Shown here one piece after another: positions 7,611-10,955 of a DNA stretch of 10,955 nt. Within the stretch, counting starts at the first letter, position 1; each line of letters begins with the position of its first letter. The DNA comes from Candidatus Sumerlaeales bacterium (GTDB lineage: Bacteria > Sumerlaeota > Sumerlaeia > Sumerlaeales > Sumerlaeaceae): assembly GCA_038243585.1 (NCBI GenBank), contig JBBSQY010000074.1:1-10955 (forward strand). The letters run 5' to 3'. The notes below the pieces were generated by a model. It did not search any database and was not told where the DNA came from. It saw only the letters and a program-made list of their open reading frames with translations. Position numbers and translations under genes: made by a program.

Positions 7611-8641
7611 TTGAAATGAGTTTCTGATAACTCCCGCAGGCGCTGGGCGGCGTGTTCCGCGGTAATATCGCGCTGAGGCATGGCAAGCATCTCAAAGCCC
7701 ACCATGAATTTCTGGACCGTTGACGACCGCAGCAGCGGCGGATAGAAGTGCGCATGCATGTGCCAGTGAGGATGCTTTTGTCCATCCGTCGGCGCCTGGT
7801 GGAAACCCATAGTGTAGGGGAATGACACGTTAAATAGATTGTCGTAGCGTACGGTCAGCCGCTTCATAATATCCGCCAGCGCCCGCTCGTCGTCGGCCGT
7901 CATGTCTGCCATGGAAGCGATGGGCCGTCGGGGGGCGACCAATGTTTCAAAAGGCCATTTTGCCCAGAAAGGAACAACGGCAGCCCACAGGTCATTGCTG
8001 CAGATCACGCGCTCGTCGCGATCAAGTTCGGCGGCCAGATAATCCTGGAGCAGCGTATGTCCGCGGCTGGCGAAGTACTCCAGAAGGCGTTCATTTTCCC
8101 GCATGGATTCAAACGGAACCGTTTCCGTAGCCCAAATCTGGCCATGAGGATGGGGATTGCTGCATCCCATTATGGCACCCTTGTTTTCGAAAATCTGAAC
8201 GTACTGCACAAAATCCACAGCTCCGAGTTCCAGATACTGCTCTTTCCACAGGCGAACCACCCGCTCGATTGAAGGCACATCCATTTCCGCCACCGTCAGA
8301 TCATGGCGGGGCGAAAAGCAGATCACTCGACATATGCCGCGCTCTGCTTGCGCATTAAAAAGTGCGCTGTCCGGCATTTCGAGGCGCGGCGTATCTGGCA
8401 TAAGCGCGGCGAAATCGTTTGTAAAAAGAAAGGTCGAATCGTAATTCGGATTTGTGTCGCCGTCTGCCCGTTTATTACCGGGACAAAGGTAACATTTAGG
8501 ATCGTAGGCCGGGCGGTTGTCCGGGGACAGATCCTCCACTTTGCCCTGCCAGGGGCGGTTCAGCCGGTGAGGACTGACCAGTACCCATTCTCCAGTAAGG
8601 GGATTGAGGCGGCGATGAGGGGTTTTAAAGATGTCGTCCAT
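7601..8641 (-). CDS. galT: Galactose-1-phosphate uridylyltransferase
   Basis: [31 protein letters not shown], catalytic [12 protein letters not shown] and [12 protein letters not shown] 8641 ([11 protein letters not shown]) is preferred over GTG 8677 because it fits typical GalT N-termini. Confidence 0.97.
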   Translation of the reverse strand: MDDIFKTPHRRLNPLTGEWVLVSPHRLNRPWQGKVEDLSPDNRPAYDPKCYLCPGNKRADGDTNPNYDSTFLFTNDFAALMPDTPRLEMPDSALFNAQAERGICRVICFSPRHDLTVAEMDVPSIERVVRLWKEQYLELGAVDFVQYVQIFENKGAIMGCSNPHPHGQIWATETVPFESMRENERLLEYFASRGHTLLQDYLAAELDRDERVICSNDLWAAVVPFWAKWPFETLVAPRRPIASMADMTADDERALADIMKRLTVRYDNLFNVSFPYTMGFHQAPTDGQKHPHWHMHAHFYPPLLRSSTVQKFMVGFEMLAMPQRDITAEHAAQRLRELSETHFNMK

Positions 8642-8738
8642 ACTGGTCTTTTCCACGTGACAAGTAAAAGAATTCACCAGAGAGATGCTTTTTACAAACT
8701 AGCATACTCATTGCATCTGTGTAAACCTACCGCTCAGC

Positions 8739-8763
8739 GTGAAGTAGCATAGGCGTGCTACTT
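8739..8763. repeat. Collapsed REPIN remnant (short hairpin)
   Basis: GTGAAGTAGCATAGGCGT (8739-8756) is identical to 10435-10452 and runs straight into GCTACTT, the outer end of the opposite arm. It forms AAGTAGCA-N6-TGCTACTT. Confidence 0.75.
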
Positions 8764-8818
8764 TAAACGACGCGAATCGCCTGTGTCGTTTTAAATTTTG
8801 ATCCAGAGGTTAACCCTA

Positions 8819-10426
8819 TTGTCTTACCTTAAAAACGCGCCCGGTGCACTGGCTGTTGTCTTTATTTCCTACGCAGCCATTGCCGGCGGTGCTCCTTCCA
8901 CTGCCGCTCCGGATGCTAATGCTTCCAGCGGTTCACTAACCACCTACACCAACCCTTTTGGCTTCTCCATTGCCGATCCCTTTGTGCTTCAGGATGGTGA
9001 TACGTATTATATGTACGGAACCACGGACGCCGTGGTGGGGAGAGGGTTTGATGTTTACAAATCCACAAACCTGGCAGACTGGACCCGTGCCGCCAAGTGC
9101 TACGCTCCGACCGACGATTCCTGGGGCGGGTATAACTTCTGGGCACCGGAGGTGGTTAAAAAAGACGGCTATTATTATATGCACTATACGGTCTACAGCA
9201 GCAAAGAAGCCCGTCGAAACATTTTGGTGGCTCGGTCTGAATCGCCCGAAGGGCCGTTCATCGATTACGCGGGTCCTCTGTTTCCAGACAATAGCATCAT
9301 CGACAGCCACATCTATCATGACACAAAATCGGGCGACTACTTTATCTACGCTTCGCCGGAACGAGAGCCGCCGTCGCGGATCCTGGGCGCAAAAATCTCC
9401 CCCGATTTTAAACAATTAATGACATCGCCCACGGAATGCCTCGCAGCGGAATTCGGATGGGAGGATTTGTGGATCGAAGGACCTATCATCCACGAGCGCA
9501 ATGGCACGCTTTATATGCTCTATAGTGGTGGCGCGTGGTGGGAGTCGGAATATTCCCTTGGTTGCGCCACCGCACAATCCCCCCTGGGCCCATGGACGAA
9601 ATACGAATCAAACCCCGTGTTGAAAAACAATGAAACCGTTGACGGTCCCGGCCATAACGGACTGGCGTGGTCGCCGGATGGGACCGAGTTGTTCCTGGTC
9701 TATCACACCCACGCCGCCGACTGGACTGCCCGGCGCGTGGCGGCGCTGGACCGAATTCTATTTGAGAAGGCGGAGTCAGGCCCGGATGTGCTCACGATTC
9801 CGGGTGCGCCGTCGTCTGCTCCCCAGCCCCTTCCATCCGGGGCCGCGCCTCGGCAGATCGCTAAATCAGACGATTTCGATGGCGACAACGTCGATCTGAG
9901 CCAATGGCACATCTACTCTAACTACCCGGACAACTGGAAGCAGGCCAGAGGCGCGCTTCACATTTCTGCGGTTGATGGAGATTTCTGGCGGAGTCACGAT
10001 GACGGCCAAAATCTATTTCTCCAGCTTATGCCCACCGGCGATTTTGATATAGAAACCAGCCTGACCATGGACGCGACCCGCGAGAATGAACAGGCGTTTT
10101 TGACTATATGGGGTGATGAAGACAACCACATCATTTTCTCATCCGTGCATCTGAATGGGCCCCGATTTGCCGTGACCAGGGAGAAAAAAGGCAAGGCCGA
10201 CACCGCTTTATCTAACAATGAATTCGGCCAACAGGTTTGCCTTCGCATTGAAAAGCGCGGCGAGACTTTACAGTTTTTCGCGAGCGAGGACGGAAACACC
10301 TGGAAGTCCGTCGGGCGGGAATCGTCTCTAAAAAACCTGCACCCAAAATACGTTGGAGTAGGCGCATGGTCTCCCGGAAACGACCGAAAGACGACAGCGC
10401 GATTTGACTGGTTCCGGGTGAAGTAA
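8819..10426 (+). CDS. Secreted family 43 glycoside hydrolase with a C-terminal beta-sandwich (ConA-like) domain
   Basis: NP...IADP (base), WAPEV, IIDSH (pKa modulator), IEGP (acid), YSG, NPVL, GPGHN and YH motifs. A Pro-rich linker leads to an SDDFDG...FDWFRV beta-sandwich. Signal-peptide-like N-terminus. TTG 8819 has AGAGGT (8805-8810) upstream; the track start TTG 8798 is the alternative. Confidence 0.92.
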   Translation: MSYLKNAPGALAVVFISYAAIAGGAPSTAAPDANASSGSLTTYTNPFGFSIADPFVLQDGDTYYMYGTTDAVVGRGFDVYKSTNLADWTRAAKCYAPTDDSWGGYNFWAPEVVKKDGYYYMHYTVYSSKEARRNILVARSESPEGPFIDYAGPLFPDNSIIDSHIYHDTKSGDYFIYASPEREPPSRILGAKISPDFKQLMTSPTECLAAEFGWEDLWIEGPIIHERNGTLYMLYSGGAWWESEYSLGCATAQSPLGPWTKYESNPVLKNNETVDGPGHNGLAWSPDGTELFLVYHTHAADWTARRVAALDRILFEKAESGPDVLTIPGAPSSAPQPLPSGAAPRQIAKSDDFDGDNVDLSQWHIYSNYPDNWKQARGALHISAVDGDFWRSHDDGQNLFLQLMPTGDFDIETSLTMDATRENEQAFLTIWGDEDNHIIFSSVHLNGPRFAVTREKKGKADTALSNNEFGQQVCLRIEKRGETLQFFASEDGNTWKSVGRESSLKNLHPKYVGVGAWSPGNDRKTTARFDWFRVK

Positions 10427-10435
10427 GCACACTTG

Positions 10436-10563
10436 TGAAGTAGCATAGGCGTCCCGCCTGTGTACCCCGTCATCTAACTCCATGAGTTTTTAGACCACCA
10501 GGCAAAATCACTCCAAAAATATTACGCTTCCGCATTCACAGGCGGGACGCCTATGCTACTTCA
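10436..10563. repeat. REPIN-like element: two inverted GTAG-type REP units
   Basis: Perfect 27-bp inverted repeat, TGAAGTAGCATAGGCGTCCCGCCTGTG (10436-10462) and CACAGGCGGGACGCCTATGCTACTTCA (10537-10563), with a 74-nt spacer. Each arm is GTAG followed by an imperfect internal palindrome (CATAGGCG-TCC-CGCCTGTG). Confidence 0.85.
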
Positions 10564-10700
10564 TGCGCTCCGCCTGGCCCGTACTTCAAATTCCCGCATC
10601 TTTACTCCGCTAATTCTTTGACAGCACGGTTCTTGCGTTCCTAGTTCTCTCGTAAGAGCCATATCGGAGTTTTCGCATTTTAAAGTTTATCCGCAACCGG

Positions 10701-10955
10701 GTGTTTTTCCGCTACATAGTGTCTAGCAGATTCGTCGTCGCTACCGCCATTTTGGCAGGTGCCGTAACCTGCCATGCCCAGCCCGGCCCCAGCCTTGTGC
10801 CCGCAAACGGGGACGGTCAGCAGGCGGCGTCGGTGGCCGCGTCGGTTATTCCTCCCGAGTATGCGGCTTCAGATATCGCGCGCCTGGCCGGCGAATACAG
10901 TTATGGCAACGGGTTCGACGTGAATTGCACCCTTGAAATTTCTTCAAATGGACGA
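10701..10955 (+). CDS. Hypothetical secreted protein (partial, runs off the window end)
   Basis: Not in the ORF track; translated by hand. The frame is open after TAA at 10653. From GTG 10701: MFFRYIVSSRFVVATAILAGAVTCHAQPGPSLVP...AGEYSYGNGFDVNCTLEISSNGR, with a signal-peptide-like N-terminus. Start may be GTG 10719. Confidence 0.6.
   Translation, partial: MFFRYIVSSRFVVATAILAGAVTCHAQPGPSLVPANGDGQQAASVAASVIPPEYAASDIARLAGEYSYGNGFDVNCTLEISSNGR

Noticed and set aside
8719..8734. GalR-like operator beginning GTGTAAAC upstream of galT
   Set aside because: Only one half-site matches, it is not palindromic, and no LacI-family regulator is in the window.
10418..10442. GTGAAGTA direct repeat at the GH43 end and the REPIN start, as a target-site duplication
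   Set aside because: It is only 8 bp, and both copies lie on the same side of the element, so it is not a flanking duplication.
8739..10563. CRISPR array or composite transposon formed by the repeats
   Set aside because: The repeats are inverted or dispersed rather than regularly spaced direct repeats, and there is no cas or transposase gene.

Overview
Bacterial window with five complete genes, one interrupted gene and two partial genes. In order: a partial small membrane-protein gene (-); a large GT-C-like membrane glycosyltransferase (+); a co-oriented minus-strand run galT-galK-DUF485-actP-like solute symporter; a divergent secreted GH43 glycoside hydrolase (+); and a partial secreted protein (+). 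The most unusual element is the ActP-like sodium:solute symporter. It carries a roughly 475-aa in-frame insertion in one loop, containing a pectin-methylesterase (CE8)-like parallel beta-helix. Its frame is also broken by a single in-frame TAG, where homologues (from my recall) usually have Tyr, directly followed by ATG. A GTAG-type REP/REPIN repeat family occurs three times: intact, collapsed, and degenerate, the last supplying the galT stop codon. All family calls come from motif recognition by eye; no database search was run.
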